The notes beneath the pieces are model-generated. The model was not told the DNA's origin. It did not search any database and was given only the letters and a program-made list of their open reading frames with translations. The position numbers and the translations under genes were made by a program. A DNA stretch of 63,717 nucleotides, the filler included, from Lama guanicoe (taxonomy: Eukaryota), in the NCBI GenBank assembly GCA_013239625.1. It is 74 parts of 74 records of this genome, joined end to end, with 100 filler letters (N's around TTAATTAATTAA, not from the genome) between each part and the next. Parts side by side here need not be neighbours in the genome. Positions count along the whole stretch, not along the records: positions 36,687 to 37,185 come from PNXV01004059.1; positions 37,286 to 37,768 come from MU053862.1; positions 37,869 to 38,404 come from MU053863.1; positions 38,505 to 38,897 come from MU053864.1; positions 38,998 to 39,792 come from MU053865.1; positions 39,893 to 40,697 come from PNXV01004071.1; positions 40,798 to 41,393 come from PNXV01004073.1; positions 41,494 to 42,332 come from MU053866.1; 66 more parts are not named here. One strand, 5' to 3'. Positions 36,687 to 49,696 of this stretch are shown piece after piece; position 1 is the stretch's first letter, and every line of letters starts with the position of its first letter.

Positions 36687-37185
36687 CCCCTCTGGCAACC
36701 ACAAGTCTGTATTCTATGTTTGTGAGTCTGTTTCTTTCATATATGTTCATTTGCCATTTTTTTTTAGATTCCACATATGAGTGACATCATATGGTATTTT
36801 TCTTTCTCTTTCTGGCTTACTTCACTTAGAATGACATTCTCCAGGGACATCCATGTTGCTGCAAATGGCGCTATTTTATCATTTTTCCTGGCTGAGTAGT
36901 ATTCCATTAATTCTATAAATATACTACACCTTCTTTATCCAGTCATCTGTTGATGGACATTCACGTTGTTTCCATGTCTTGGCTATTGGTAAATAGTGCT
37001 GCTATGAACATTGGGGTGCAAGTGTCTTTGAATTAGGATTCCCTCTGGATATCTGTGGATTTTTGAAGGACAGCCATTCTGATTGGTGTCAGGTGATACT
37101 TCATTGTAGTTTTGATTTGCGTTTCTCTGATAATTTGTGATATTGAACATTTTTTCATGTGCCTATTAGTCATTTATACGTCTTC
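36687..37185 (-). mobile_element. LINE-1 ORF2 C-terminus / 3' UTR fragment
   Basis: Reverse-complement homolog of 1095-1440. Confidence 0.92.
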
Positions 37186-38997
37186 NNNNNNNNNNNNNNN
37201 NNNNNNNNNNNNNNNNNNNNNNNNNNNNNTTAATTAATTAANNNNNNNNNNNNNNNNNNNNNNNNNNNNNNNNNNNNNNNNNNNNAGCAGCTAAACTGAA
37301 GCAAATGGCTGTGCTGTGAACTTCATTACAACTAAAACTTCTAATTCTCATTACAGCATCTTGTCTCCCATACAGGGCAATTATTTTGGACTGATGGTGG
37401 AGCCTTCTACTTTTCCAAATAGATATCACAACATATCTGCCAATGAAGGTCGTTTTTNNNNNNNNNNNNNNNNNNNNNNNNNNNNNNNNNNNNNNNNNNN
37501 NNNNNNNNNNNNNNNNNNNNNNNNNNNNNNNNNNNNNNNNNNNNNNNNNNNNNNNNNNNNNNNNNNCTAATTACAACTGATCTATCAGAGGACTACCAGA
37601 TTATGCAGGATAGCAAAGATTAAAATTTATGATGGCAAATGTCGACATATCATTGCAATATTCTTATTTGAACAATAAACATAAATGTGTACCTATATTG
37701 TCCTTATATTTTTTAAAATAGAGTAAAGATTTAAACGCAAGACTAAGTTAGCATTTAAAGAAAAAAAGNNNNNNNNNNNNNNNNNNNNNNNNNNNNNNNN
37801 NNNNNNNNNNNNTTAATTAATTAANNNNNNNNNNNNNNNNNNNNNNNNNNNNNNNNNNNNNNNNNNNNCTCATACGTCAGATTCAACATGTCTAAAGCTG
37901 ATTTCATAATCTTTTTTTCTTGCAGCCTCTCCACTTATTCAGTGGGATAATCATTCTTCCGGTCTTGAATACACAAAAGCTTGGAGAGGTCTTTGATTCA
38001 TCTTCCTCTCACCACCCTCCATATTTTGTCAGCTTCTTGAACTGTATGTTTTTGGTTTCAAGTGTCTATTCTGATTGCTGATACTCTGATGAAGAGCTTT
38101 CATCCCTGATACGTTATTTTTTCCTTCTGCTGAATTCTTGGATATTCTCTNNNNNNNNNNNNNNNNNNNNNNNNNNNNNNNNNNNNNNNNNNNNNNNNNN
38201 NNNNNNNNNNNNNNNNNNNNNNNNNNNNNNNNNNNNNNNNNNNNNNNNNNNNNNNNNNNNNNNNNNNNNNNNNNNNNNNNNNNNNNNNNNNNNNNNNNNN
38301 NNNNNNTAACCTGTGCTAAAAACCAGGAGTCACCAGCCTTCTCCAATCCAGTCCCCAGTTAAAACAGCTTAGAATTGCCCTGAGAACTAGTTGGAGCCCC
38401 ATCCNNNNNNNNNNNNNNNNNNNNNNNNNNNNNNNNNNNNNNNNNNNNTTAATTAATTAANNNNNNNNNNNNNNNNNNNNNNNNNNNNNNNNNNNNNNNN
38501 NNNNCTCTGGGAGTTCTGTCACCCCTGTGACGCTGGAAGTAAAGGTTCTCTCCGCAGTGCATTCTCCTGGAGGGTGGCTGGGCCGTGTGTGGTGCAGGGT
38601 GTCATCAGCTCTGAAGGAGCTGGTGATCCACCAGCATATTCAGGNNNNNNNNNNNNNNNNNNNNNNNNNNNNNNNNNNNNNNNNNNNNNNNNNNNNNNNN
38701 NNNNNNNNNNNNNNNNNNNNNNNNNNNNNNNNNNNNNNNNNNNNNNNNNNNNNNNNNNNNNNNNNNNNNNNCATGTGTCCGAAATTAATCAAAAGTAGGT
38801 AAACTGAAAATTCAGTTCTTCAGCCACATTCCAAGGACTTGGTCACCACCTCTGGCTGGCAGTACCTCGGAGGACAGCAGACCAAGAACTTAACTTTNNN
38901 NNNNNNNNNNNNNNNNNNNNNNNNNNNNNNNNNNNNNNNNNTTAATTAATTAANNNNNNNNNNNNNNNNNNNNNNNNNNNNNNNNNNNNNNNNNNNN

Positions 38998-39792
38998 TTT
39001 TCACTGTTAAACCGAGTTGGAACTTGTACCTCCACATATATATGCACGGAGTGGATTATACAACTGAAGAGAAACTTTATGTACCCAACAAGCTAGGTGA
39101 AGGACGGCTTTCACACACGCTTAACTCTCAAAACCTAGCATGTGGAGAGACGTTCGTTCATCTAGCACAAAGGGAACAGGTTGCAGGAGAAACAATTACT
39201 CTGGTTTCTCAGTCTGTTTCCTAGTGCTGGTTTGAAGTTCCTGCAGTTTTCACTGTTAAACCGAGTTGGAACTTGTACCTCCACATATATATGCACGGAG
39301 TGGATTATACAACTGAAGAGAAACTTTATGTACCCAACAAGCTAGGTGAAGGACCGCTTACACACACGATTAACTCTAAAAACTGAGCATGTGGACAGAC
39401 GTTCGTTCATCTAGCACAAAGGGAACAGGTTGCAGGAGAAACAATTACTCTGGTTTCTCAGTCTGTTTCCTAGTGCCGGTTTGAAGTTCTTGCAGTTTTC
39501 ACTGTAAAACCGAGTTGGAGCTTGTACCTCCCCATATATATGCATGGAGTGGAGTCTGNNNNNNNNNNNNNNNNNNNNNNNNNNNNNNNNNNNNNNNNNN
39601 NNNNNNNNNNNNNNNNNNNNNNNNNNNNNNNNNNNNNNNNNNNNNNNNNNNNNNNNNNNNNNNNNNNNNNNNNNNNNNNNNNNNNNNNNNNNNNNNNNNN
39701 NNNNNNNNNNNNNNNNNNNNNNNNNNGGCTTGATGTTCCTGCACTTTTCACTGTAAAACCGAGTTGGAGCTTGTACATCCCCATATATATGT
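38998..39792. repeat. ~248-bp satellite
   Basis: Monomer offset 249 bp (39001 to 39250). Confidence 0.95.
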
Positions 39793-40797
39793 NNNNNNNN
39801 NNNNNNNNNNNNNNNNNNNNNNNNNNNNNNNNNNNNTTAATTAATTAANNNNNNNNNNNNNNNNNNNNNNNNNNNNNNNNNNNNNNNNNNNNGTTCTCAG
39901 TGCAGAAGAATGCACCGTGATGAGTGCGTTCCCCGCTCCCGGTGGCTGCATCAAGCCCGCATCACCATCAGCATTCAGCCCGACACCAAGACCCGCAGGA
40001 AACCATTCCATTTGTAAAAAGGTCAAACATTGGTAGCCCCAAGCTTTTGAAATGAAGCAGAGAAAACAATTTCAGAGCTATTTACTCCCCTGTTCTCTGA
40101 CAGCTTTTGTCCCGGCTTCCAGTAAGAGAGATTTGCTTTTATAGTCACAATCATTTAAGCAAATACGATGCTTGTGGCTACAAAAAATGCATTTGATTGC
40201 TTTCTTTGAGTCAGAAGGCTTTTATCTTGTTTCTAAAATCATAAAGCCCACCAGGCACTGTATTTTTCCAGTACTGACTGACGTCCATCCTATACATTTA
40301 GGTAAACAATTAAGGGTAGAGATGATGACAGAGGAACTTTGGTAACGCAGGAAGGAATTTATAATACATGAGGGCTCTTTCACAGTGGAAGTGATGTGCC
40401 TTTTGTAGGGCAGAAGAATTGCTATGATTGTTTGGCAATCACATGTCTCATTTCTGATATATTTCCTAGCTTTTTTGTGTATTAACAAGAATATATTGGG
40501 AGATCCTTCAGCATTGCTTAACAGAAACATACATACAATTATCAAACTTGCTGTCATACCCCTGGAAAGCTGTCTCAAAAGCAGGAGAATAGTAAATATA
40601 AAAGAGACAGAAGCATCAAGTGTAGTTCCTATTAGGAACTGACGGTTGGCATGCATTCTATGTACACTGCTAATAAAATGAGGGATGAAGAAAAAAANNN
40701 NNNNNNNNNNNNNNNNNNNNNNNNNNNNNNNNNNNNNNNNNTTAATTAATTAANNNNNNNNNNNNNNNNNNNNNNNNNNNNNNNNNNNNNNNNNNNN

Positions 40798-41393
40798 ATA
40801 TGACAGAATTCACCAGTAAAGATGTCTTGTAAATTTTTTCTGGTTTACGAAGTTTGGATTATGACTTACTCAAACACACTTTTGCTCTATTATCTTTCTA
40901 ATTTTTCTTGATTCGGTATTGGAAGACATAAGTATCTGGGAATTTATCTTTTGTTCTATGTCATTCAAAACTTTGGCTTGTGGTAATTTCTTATGATGCT
41001 TTGCATCTCTACAACATCAGAGGCTATATCTTCTCTTTTTTTTCTAATTTTATTTGAGTCTTTATTTTCTTAGCCAACCTAAAATTTGTCCAGTTTATGT
41101 TAAAAATAAACATACTTAGGTATATTTTTTTATCTTTTCAATTATTTCTGTTGTTATTTGCCTTACTCTCATTCATTCAATTTTCGTCTTTATTGTTTCT
41201 GTTTTCTCCTAGCTCCGTGAGGTGTAAACTTATGTAGTGTGAATTTTTGTATTTCATTTATTATTAAATATTTTTTATTTAGTTAGTATTTATTTATTTA
41301 TATATTTAATTTATTTATTTATTTGCATATTTATTCATTTATTTCTAATTGATGTACTGCCATTTACAATGTGTCAATCTGTGGTGTATAGCA
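40798..41393 (-). mobile_element. Highly degenerate LINE-1 fragment
   Basis: AGAATTCACCAGTAAAG start and T-rich antisense L1-like composition. Confidence 0.5.
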
Positions 41394-42432
41394 NNNNNNN
41401 NNNNNNNNNNNNNNNNNNNNNNNNNNNNNNNNNNNNNTTAATTAATTAANNNNNNNNNNNNNNNNNNNNNNNNNNNNNNNNNNNNNNNNNNNNCAAATCT
41501 TTGCCAAACTTTCAGTCAGATCAAAACCTTCAAAGCTTTGCTATCAAAAGGACTGTGTGCCTGCTATGCCTACTTCTGCTCCTCCTGACCCAGGACGCGG
41601 TCTCCACGGCTGATGATCCACGAGACACTGGATTCTTGATCCCATGGCCCTGTGTGTTCTGAGACATCTGGGGACTTCAGCACTGTTTTAGGGGCATTGG
41701 GTCCCACCTCTTCATAGCATNNNNNNNNNNNNNNNNCTTCACACTCTGAGTGTACGGTGCATTTTTTTTGAACCAAAACAACCCCACCGTGGCAGCACTG
41801 CTTTGACCACATGCTGGGACAGCGAATGCTTGTCAGTTCTCGGGTTTAAATTTTCTGTTCTAATTTCTAAAATGGGGTATATTGACAGACACTCTCCATG
41901 TAAACAGAAGCTCTGTGGGGTTTTCAGCAACTTCTAAGAGTATAAATATTCCTGAGGCAGTTAACCTTCCTCCCAACAAGTGAGGAGCAAGCAGGCAAGT
42001 CCTGGGTGCCTGTAGTGGCCAAGCTGTGCAGCACAGGCTGCTCACTGAGGAGCAAGGAGAAAATCTTAAAAACCTACTTCCATTCTGTCTTTCACAGAAT
42101 CTCAGAAATGAACATTTTAATATCTAAATAGGGGTGTTTTTTTAAATAAATTTTTTATTTTTTTCCTTTTTCAGTTTTATCAGGTAGAATTATTACAGTT
42201 CAACTTCACATAAATATATTGCATGTAAATACATGTATAGAGTATACTGCATTTTTTACTTTACATATATGTACTAATTATTTTTTCCAACAACAGATTA
42301 GAGCTTTAGATTTTTAAAATTACAGTTACCAGNNNNNNNNNNNNNNNNNNNNNNNNNNNNNNNNNNNNNNNNNNNNTTAATTAATTAANNNNNNNNNNNN
42401 NNNNNNNNNNNNNNNNNNNNNNNNNNNNNNNN

Positions 42433-42868
42433 TATAGAATATATAAAAGAGAATATAGAACCCAGAATTTAGAAATGGAATACAGAGAATAGAATTCACA
42501 ATATACAATACAAAATAGTGAATACAGAATTTAGAATATGAAAGAGGAACACAGAATATAGAATATAGAAAAGAGAATTTAGAACATGGAACGCAGAACA
42601 CAGAATTTAGAGTATAGAATACAGAATACAGAAAATAGAATTTAGAAAATAGAAGGTAGAACAATATATAATGTAGAATACGGAATGCAGAATATGGAAT
42701 ACTAATATAGAATGTAGAACACATAATATAAAATATGTAAAACAGAATATAGAATCCAGAATTTCGAACATGGAATGCAGAACACAGAACATAGAATAAG
42801 AATACAGAACGCTGAATATAGGAATTAGACTATAAAATGTAGAACACAGGATATAGAATATAGAATAG
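42433..42868. repeat. AT-rich 7-bp-based satellite
   Basis: AGAATAT periodicity. Confidence 0.95.
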
Positions 42869-42968
42869 NNNNNNNNNNNNNNNNNNNNNNNNNNNNNNNN
42901 NNNNNNNNNNNNTTAATTAATTAANNNNNNNNNNNNNNNNNNNNNNNNNNNNNNNNNNNNNNNNNNNN

Positions 42969-43879
42969 ATTCTGGGTTCTATATTGTCTTTTCTATATTC
43001 TATATTCTGTGTTCTACGTTGTATATCCTAATTTTCATATTCAGCATTGTGTATTCTATATTCTAAATTCTGTGTTCTACATTCTATATTCTAAATTCTG
43101 TGTTCTACATTCTATATTCTAAATTCTGTGTTCTACATTCTATATTCTAAATTCTGTGTTCTACATTCTATATTCTAAATTCTGTGTTCTACATTCTATA
43201 TTCTAAATTCTGTGTTCTACATTCTATATTCTAAATTATATATTCCGTTTTATGTATTTCATATTCTATATTCTGTGTTCTACGTTGTATATCCTAATTT
43301 TCATATTCAGCATTGTGTATTCTATATTCTAATTTCTGACTTCTAGTTTCCATGTTCCGATATCTGGCTTCAATATACTCTAAGCTATAGATATATTCTG
43401 TTTTCTACATTCTATATTCTAAATTATATATTCCGTTTTATGTATTTCATATTCAATATTCTGTGCTCTACATTCAATTTTTTAATTGTTTCTTATGTAT
43501 TCTGTATACTATATTCTAAATTCTGTGTTCTACATTCTATATTCTAAATTGTATATTCAGTATTCAGTATTCTATATTCGAAATTCTGAGTTCTGATTTC
43601 CATGTTCCAAAATCTGGCTTAAATATTCTCTAAGCTGTATTTTTTCTACTGTTTTTTACATTCTATATTCTAAATTATATTTTCAGTACTATGTATTCTT
43701 TATTCTATATTCCGTATTCTACATTCAATTATTTTTATTTGTTTATTATATATTCTGTATACTATAATCTAAATTCTGTGTTTTGCATTTCATGTTGTAA
43801 ATTCTGGGTTCTATATTGTCTTTTCTATACTCTATATTCTGTGTACTACATTGTATATTCTAAATTCTATATTCAGCAT
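42969..43879. repeat. AT-rich 7-bp-based satellite with 28-bp perfect tandem block
   Basis: TTCTAAATTCTGTGTTCTACATTCTATA repeated about 6 times from 43061. Confidence 0.95.
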
Positions 43880-46096
43880 NNNNNNNNNNNNNNNNNNNNN
43901 NNNNNNNNNNNNNNNNNNNNNNNTTAATTAATTAANNNNNNNNNNNNNNNNNNNNNNNNNNNNNNNNNNNNNNNNNNNNCTCCAAACCACAAGGCACCCA
44001 TTCGGAGCACTGAGTGTCTACACAGTGCTGTCATAAGCCGTCACCGGAAAAGCTATGCTATCCTGCACTTACGAGGAACGAGCAGCTGTGCTCGGGCTGC
44101 CCACATGCGTCATTTACACCCCACAGCACTGCTACAGGAGGGGGACGCCTAGCGAGCCCATCTCTACAGGACCAAAAACAAGTCTGGGAAAGGATAAGCC
44201 GACCTACCAGTTCTCCATCTCACAAGACTGGTCACTCCAGAGCAGGAATCGAACTCAAACCCACATTTGCAACCACAGTACTACCGTACTTCATGTGCTT
44301 TTTGTGTGCATAATACATTTGTTTTTGGCATGAAAGGATATTTAATAAATGATCGGTTGTCTTGTCTATCCAATTAGCTCACAATCTTTATTTTTTTTGA
44401 ATTGTACACTTTTCCCCTGGAGAAAGGAACGGAAAGAGCAGGGGTCAGAATAAGGTGGGGCTCCATTCTTTAACTGTTACCTTATCTCATTCAAGTCCTG
44501 AACCAGGGAGAAGGAGCAAACATTCTCTTCATCTTTTAAAGAAAGAGTGCTCCCTGATGGTGACTTACTCAACTCCAAAACCAAGTCTGGGGGAAGGGTG
44601 CATGCAGCAACCAGAGCAGTATCACCTGTAGGTAGGTGAAAAGAGCTCAGGGGATGGCTCAGGGGGTCAGCCTGATTTAATTTGAATCTATAAAAGAATA
44701 TCACAGTCTAAAAATACTAGCATGCAATGTATTTGCTCTTTCCTGACATCTAACAAGTTTCAACAGCCCACATGTAACATTATCATAAACTAGTGTNNNN
44801 NNNNNNNNNNNNNNNNNNNNNNNNNNNNNNNNNNNNNNNNTTAATTAATTAANNNNNNNNNNNNNNNNNNNNNNNNNNNNNNNNNNNNNNNNNNNNGTTA
44901 TGTCTGGAAAGTTTTGATTTATCAATGTCAATTTGGCAGAGTACACATGCAAGTTTTACTCACTTGCTGGCACATACACAGCAAAAGAAATATCGACTCA
45001 AACAGCCCTTGGCTCAGGACACTTGCAGAAGAATGGTCTCTTAATTCCAAAGACAGAAAGAGGCCCCACAAAACCTGGAAGGAGCAGAGGGAAACTAGAG
45101 AATGGAAATTAGTGCAGGACCTGACCTCTGGTGAAGGAGCAGCAAAGGTGAAATTCTGCTTTATTTGGCGCACACTCTCAAGCGGACAGGACACAAGTGA
45201 TTGAAAGTGCTGCACTGAATTTTAGAAGAGGGCACAGCAGATGCTTGTCTGACAGAATTCAAAGAAATCAACAAACACAAAATATCCCCACAGTTGATAC
45301 CCAGACGAAGATCGGGGCTGCCAAAATTGAGCTAGCAGAAGCTGTGCAAGATGACTGAGAGGGCTATGGATGATGGCACACACGGAGTCTCAGTGATCTG
45401 GAGGCTGTTGTGGATTGTGGATGGCCCTATCAAGGGAGCAAACCGGTTTGGGATCAAAATGAGAATGCAACCACNNNNNNNNNNNNNNNNNNNNNNNNNN
45501 NNNNNNNNNNNNNNNNNNTTAATTAATTAANNNNNNNNNNNNNNNNNNNNNNNNNNNNNNNNNNNNNNNNNNNNCAGTAACTTGGGGACTTCCAGGAGCT
45601 ATCTTGATTCTCCTGAGTCTCTCGTTCGTGGTTGAAGAACTGTCAAGCACCGTAGGAAGCCCATTCACGTGAGGTCAACACAGCATTGCATCACTTTCAT
45701 TTTATTTTTGAATTTTCAGTGGAGAAATTATTTGTAGCAAACTGTTCCAGATCTTCGGCCGCCTGCTTTTCTCACCACAATTTCCTTGTTGGCTCTGGCG
45801 CTTGTTTTAAGAACCAGGTTTCTTCTCTGGTCATTTGTACCAGCTGGGCTTGCCGAATCCTTGATTTGCATTTGAAGCAGAATGCTTTTTCGTGATGTCA
45901 AGCTGATTTTCCTTGTCATGTCTGAATATTTCGTGTACACTCAGCAACTNNNNNNNNNNNNNNNNNNNNNNNNNNNNNNNNNNNNNNNNNNNNNNNNNNN
46001 NNNNNNNNNNNNNNNNNNNNNNNNNNNNNNNNNNNNNNNNNNNNNNNNNNNNNNNNNNNNNNNNNNNNNNNNNNNNNNNNNNNNNNNNNNNNNNNT

Positions 46097-46323
46097 TCTT
46101 AACAGTTTTAATACAATTCACCCATTAAAATGTACAGTGGATTTTACTCTATGCCCAGAATTGTGCATCCTAGTCAATCTTAGAACATTTTCATCCCCCC
46201 AACAGGAAACCCCGTATGCATAAACAGACATTCCCAACTTCCCCATCCCTCAGCCCCAGGGATCCACTCTTCTCTCTCTGTGGATTTGCCTGTGCTGGAC
46301 ATTTAATGCAAATCGAGTCACTT
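46097..46323 (-). mobile_element. Old L1 3'-end fragment
   Basis: CAATTCACCCATTAAAATGTACAG..TTAGAACATTTTCATC..GGATTTGCCTGTGCTGGACATTT. Confidence 0.7.
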
Positions 46324-46423
46324 NNNNNNNNNNNNNNNNNNNNNNNNNNNNNNNNNNNNNNNNNNNNTTAATTAATTAANNNNNNNNNNNNNNNNNNNNN
46401 NNNNNNNNNNNNNNNNNNNNNNN

Positions 46424-47362
46424 GGCAACAGCGACCGCCCCCAGGACAAGCCGCGGGGAAGATGGGAGCAAACGGGCCCACTCCCCCGCTGCAGCCTCCC
46501 GACAACCGCCACCCCTGCACCCTTATTACACTGCCTCCCGCCCCCAGCAGACAAAGTGGGACAGGGGTGTCCCGGGACCTGGCGCAGCAGAGGCCGCCTT
46601 CAGGCCACGCAGTGCAGACAGGGAGCTAATACACAAGCTCCTCCGGGGCAGCCTCCCTATGCCCTCAGCCACCACCTTACCGGCCACCTGACCGCACCGC
46701 ACCCATCTCCCAGGAGCAAGCTCACCTGGAGTCGGATCTCAGGCAAGTCTCCAGCGGCAGAGGTCGCCCCCAGGCCAGGCCGCGGGGGAGAGAAGAAATG
46801 ACCCTGGAACACCTCCCCCTGCCGCCGCCGCCGCCGCCTCCCAGGAGCAAGCTCACCTGGAGACCCGCGTCCCGCCTCTAGGGCAGAAGAAGCCCCCCCT
46901 GGCTCCGCCGCCGGGGAGAGCGGAGCGAATTGACCGGCTTCCGTGCGGCAGCCCCCCTACCCCCGTGGGCCCCGCAGCTTAACGACACCGCCTCCGCTCC
47001 TCACTCAGCAAGCTGAGGGGGCAGGCGTGTCCAGCGACCTGGGGAAGCAGAGGCCGCTCCCAGGCCCGGCAGCCCGGACAAGGCAGCTATTCCAACAGTT
47101 CGCCAGGGGCAGCCCCGCTCCGCCCCTCTGTCGCTGCCGCCGCCCCCTGACCTAACCGCCCCACCTCCCAGGAGCAAGCTTACCTGGAGTCCAAAAGCTG
47201 GCGAATCTCTGGCGGCCAAGCCCCACCCCAGGCCAGGCTGCAGGGAAGAGAAGAAATCTACCGGTTTGCCCAGGCAGCCTCCCAACCGCCGCCGCCGCCG
47301 CCGCCCCAAAGCAGTACTAGCCTCCAGGGGTCAGGCTGACTGCAAGGATGTGCACTTGCCTT
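46424..47362 (-). promoter_or_regulatory. CpG island with GCC tracts and three duplicated mini-exon-like cassettes (probable 5' UTR region)
   Basis: High GC/CpG; CTCCCAGGAGCAAGCTYACCTGGAG repeated three times, reading CTCCAG|GTRAGC donors on the minus strand. Confidence 0.55.
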
Positions 47363-47462
47363 NNNNNNNNNNNNNNNNNNNNNNNNNNNNNNNNNNNNNN
47401 NNNNNNTTAATTAATTAANNNNNNNNNNNNNNNNNNNNNNNNNNNNNNNNNNNNNNNNNNNN

Positions 47463-48346
47463 GAATATGGAATGTTAGATACGGAATGCAGAATATTGAA
47501 TACAGAATATTGAATGTACAATACAGAATATAGAATATAGACTTCGGAATGCAGAATATAGAATATAGAATATAGAATATAGAAAGATGAACACAGAATA
47601 TAGAATATAGGATAGAAAATATAGAACTCCGAATTTAGAACATGAAAAGCAGAATTCAGTTTTTAGTATATAGAATACAGAATACCGAATATGGATTATA
47701 GAACATGGAATGCAGAACACAGAATTCAGAATATAGAATACAGAATACTGTATATAGAATTTACATTATAGAATGTAAGACACAGAATATAGAATGTACA
47801 ATACGCAATGCAAAATAGAGAATACAGAATATAGAATGTAGAACACAGAATGTAGAATATGGAAAAGAGAATACAGAAACGAGAATTTAGAACATGGAAT
47901 GCACAACACAATATTAAGAATATAGAATACAGAATACTAAATATATAATTTTGAATATAGAATGTATATCACAGAATATGGAATGTAGAATACGGAATGC
48001 AGAATATAGAATACAGAATATAAAATTTAGAACACAGAATATAGAATATGGAAAACAGAATACAGAACCCAGAATTTAGAACATGGAATGCAGAACACTG
48101 AATTTAGAATATAGAATACATACAACTGAAAATAGAATTTAGAATATAGAATGTAGAACACAGAATTTAGAATATAGAGAACAGAATACTGAATATAGAT
48201 TTTCGAATATAGAATGTTGAACACACAATTTAGAATATAGAAAACAGAATACTGAATATTGAATTTAGAATATAGAATTAGAACACAGAAGAGAGATTAT
48301 AGAATAGAGAATATAGAACCGAGAATTTAGAACATGGAATGCAGAA
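47463..48346. repeat. AT-rich 7-bp-based satellite
   Basis: AGAATAT periodicity. Confidence 0.95.
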
Positions 48347-48641
48347 NNNNNNNNNNNNNNNNNNNNNNNNNNNNNNNNNNNNNNNNNNNNTTAATTAATT
48401 AANNNNNNNNNNNNNNNNNNNNNNNNNNNNNNNNNNNNNNNNNNNNAAGTAAAGCACCTCTCAGGTCTAATTTTTGTTTGCTGCATACAAGAAATACTTT
48501 TAGGCTGCTTTACAGTGTATATATATTTATAGCCCGCACATTTTTTATATTCAACTAGTTTCAACGTTCAGCTTCCACCAGGTACTACTTTGAATTTTCT
48601 TTGAGGAAGTCTGAAAATTAGTTCCCTTTCTGGGTACTTAC

Positions 48642-48878
48642 TTCCATTTCTGCTCTGTCCGTTTCATACTGACACAGTCTGTCCTTTAAACATCTGCATT
48701 CTTTAATTAACTCCTTGTTTCCTTCCTCCAGCATGAGAACTCGTGTGCTCATGGCTTCAAGTTTTCCCATGTGATCCAGAAATGGCTTTGGGGTATTAAA
48801 TATTGTCTTTTCACTTCTCGCTTCATTTTGAGCAACTTCTAGTTGCTGTCGAAGCAGCGTGTTTTCACTTTGTAGTTT
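48642..48878 (-). CDS. ANKRD26-family (ANKRD26/ANKRD18/CCDC144-like) coiled-coil exon, 3' part
   Basis: 79 open codons KLQSENTLLRQQLEVAQNEARSEKTIFN..MLEEGNKELIKECRCLKDRLCQYETDRAEME then GTAAGT donor; resembles recalled ANKRD26 QLQSENMLLRQQLDDAHNKA..LLEERNKELISECNHLKERQYQYENEKAERE; absent from the ORF track. Confidence 0.85.
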
Positions 48879-49236
48879 NNNNNNNNNNNNNNNNNNNNNN
48901 NNNNNNNNNNNNNNNNNNNNNNTTAATTAATTAANNNNNNNNNNNNNNNNNNNNNNNNNNNNNNNNNNNNNNNNNNNNTTGTGGGAATAAGATTTGCAGA
49001 TAACACTATAAACATAAGCATCCTATACGTTTCATTTTAACTGGATGAATGAGAAGTAAACAGTGACTGAATGTTACTCTTGGGTTGGTAGGAGATCAGT
49101 CGCTTTGTGATGTGACAGCTACTCAGGTTGAGAACCATTGTGATGGCCTAGCAGTTTATCTGTGCAAGACTGCCAAAGCTGCATTTGTAGCTGCAGTGCT
49201 CAAAATCATGCTGATTAGAAAAGTAGCTGTGGAAAA

Positions 49237-49596
49237 ATGGCACATGTTTCTTCAGAAATTCAAGATGTGTCTCATAAAGATGAACAAACTGGTTCAGGAA
49301 ACCCCAGTAGATCTCTATTGTGTGATCAAACATTCTCTGGGGACTTGGACTAGATGTCTATGATTGAGGAAAATATTTTCCAGACTTTCCCTGAAGAATC
49401 CATGATAAAAAGACCATGTTACACACATTGTGTCTCTGAACCAGATGAAGATAATAATTTTCGTTCTCTGACATTTCCCAGAATACTCTGGAAAATGACT
49501 GGGAGTGACCAATTTAAATCCCTCTGTTGGGATGATAATGGAACCTTTGTAGTGATTGATGAAGATGTCTTTAAGAAGGAAGTTTTGGAAAGAAAG
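49237..49596 (+). pseudogene. HSFY: HSFY exon 1 fragment with a single premature stop
   Basis: MAHVSSEIQDVSHKDEQTGSGNPSRSLLCDQTFSGDLD*MSMIEEN..CVSEPDEDNNFRSLTFPRILWKMTGSDQFKSLCWDDNGTFVVIDEDVFKKEVLERK; TAG at 49351-49353; HSF DNA-binding domain start. Confidence 0.93.
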
Positions 49597-49696
49597 NNNN
49601 NNNNNNNNNNNNNNNNNNNNNNNNNNNNNNNNNNNNNNNNTTAATTAATTAANNNNNNNNNNNNNNNNNNNNNNNNNNNNNNNNNNNNNNNNNNNN

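Noticed and set aside
40222..40656. 144-aa gap-free ORF
   Set aside because: No recognisable domain, splice context or coding bias
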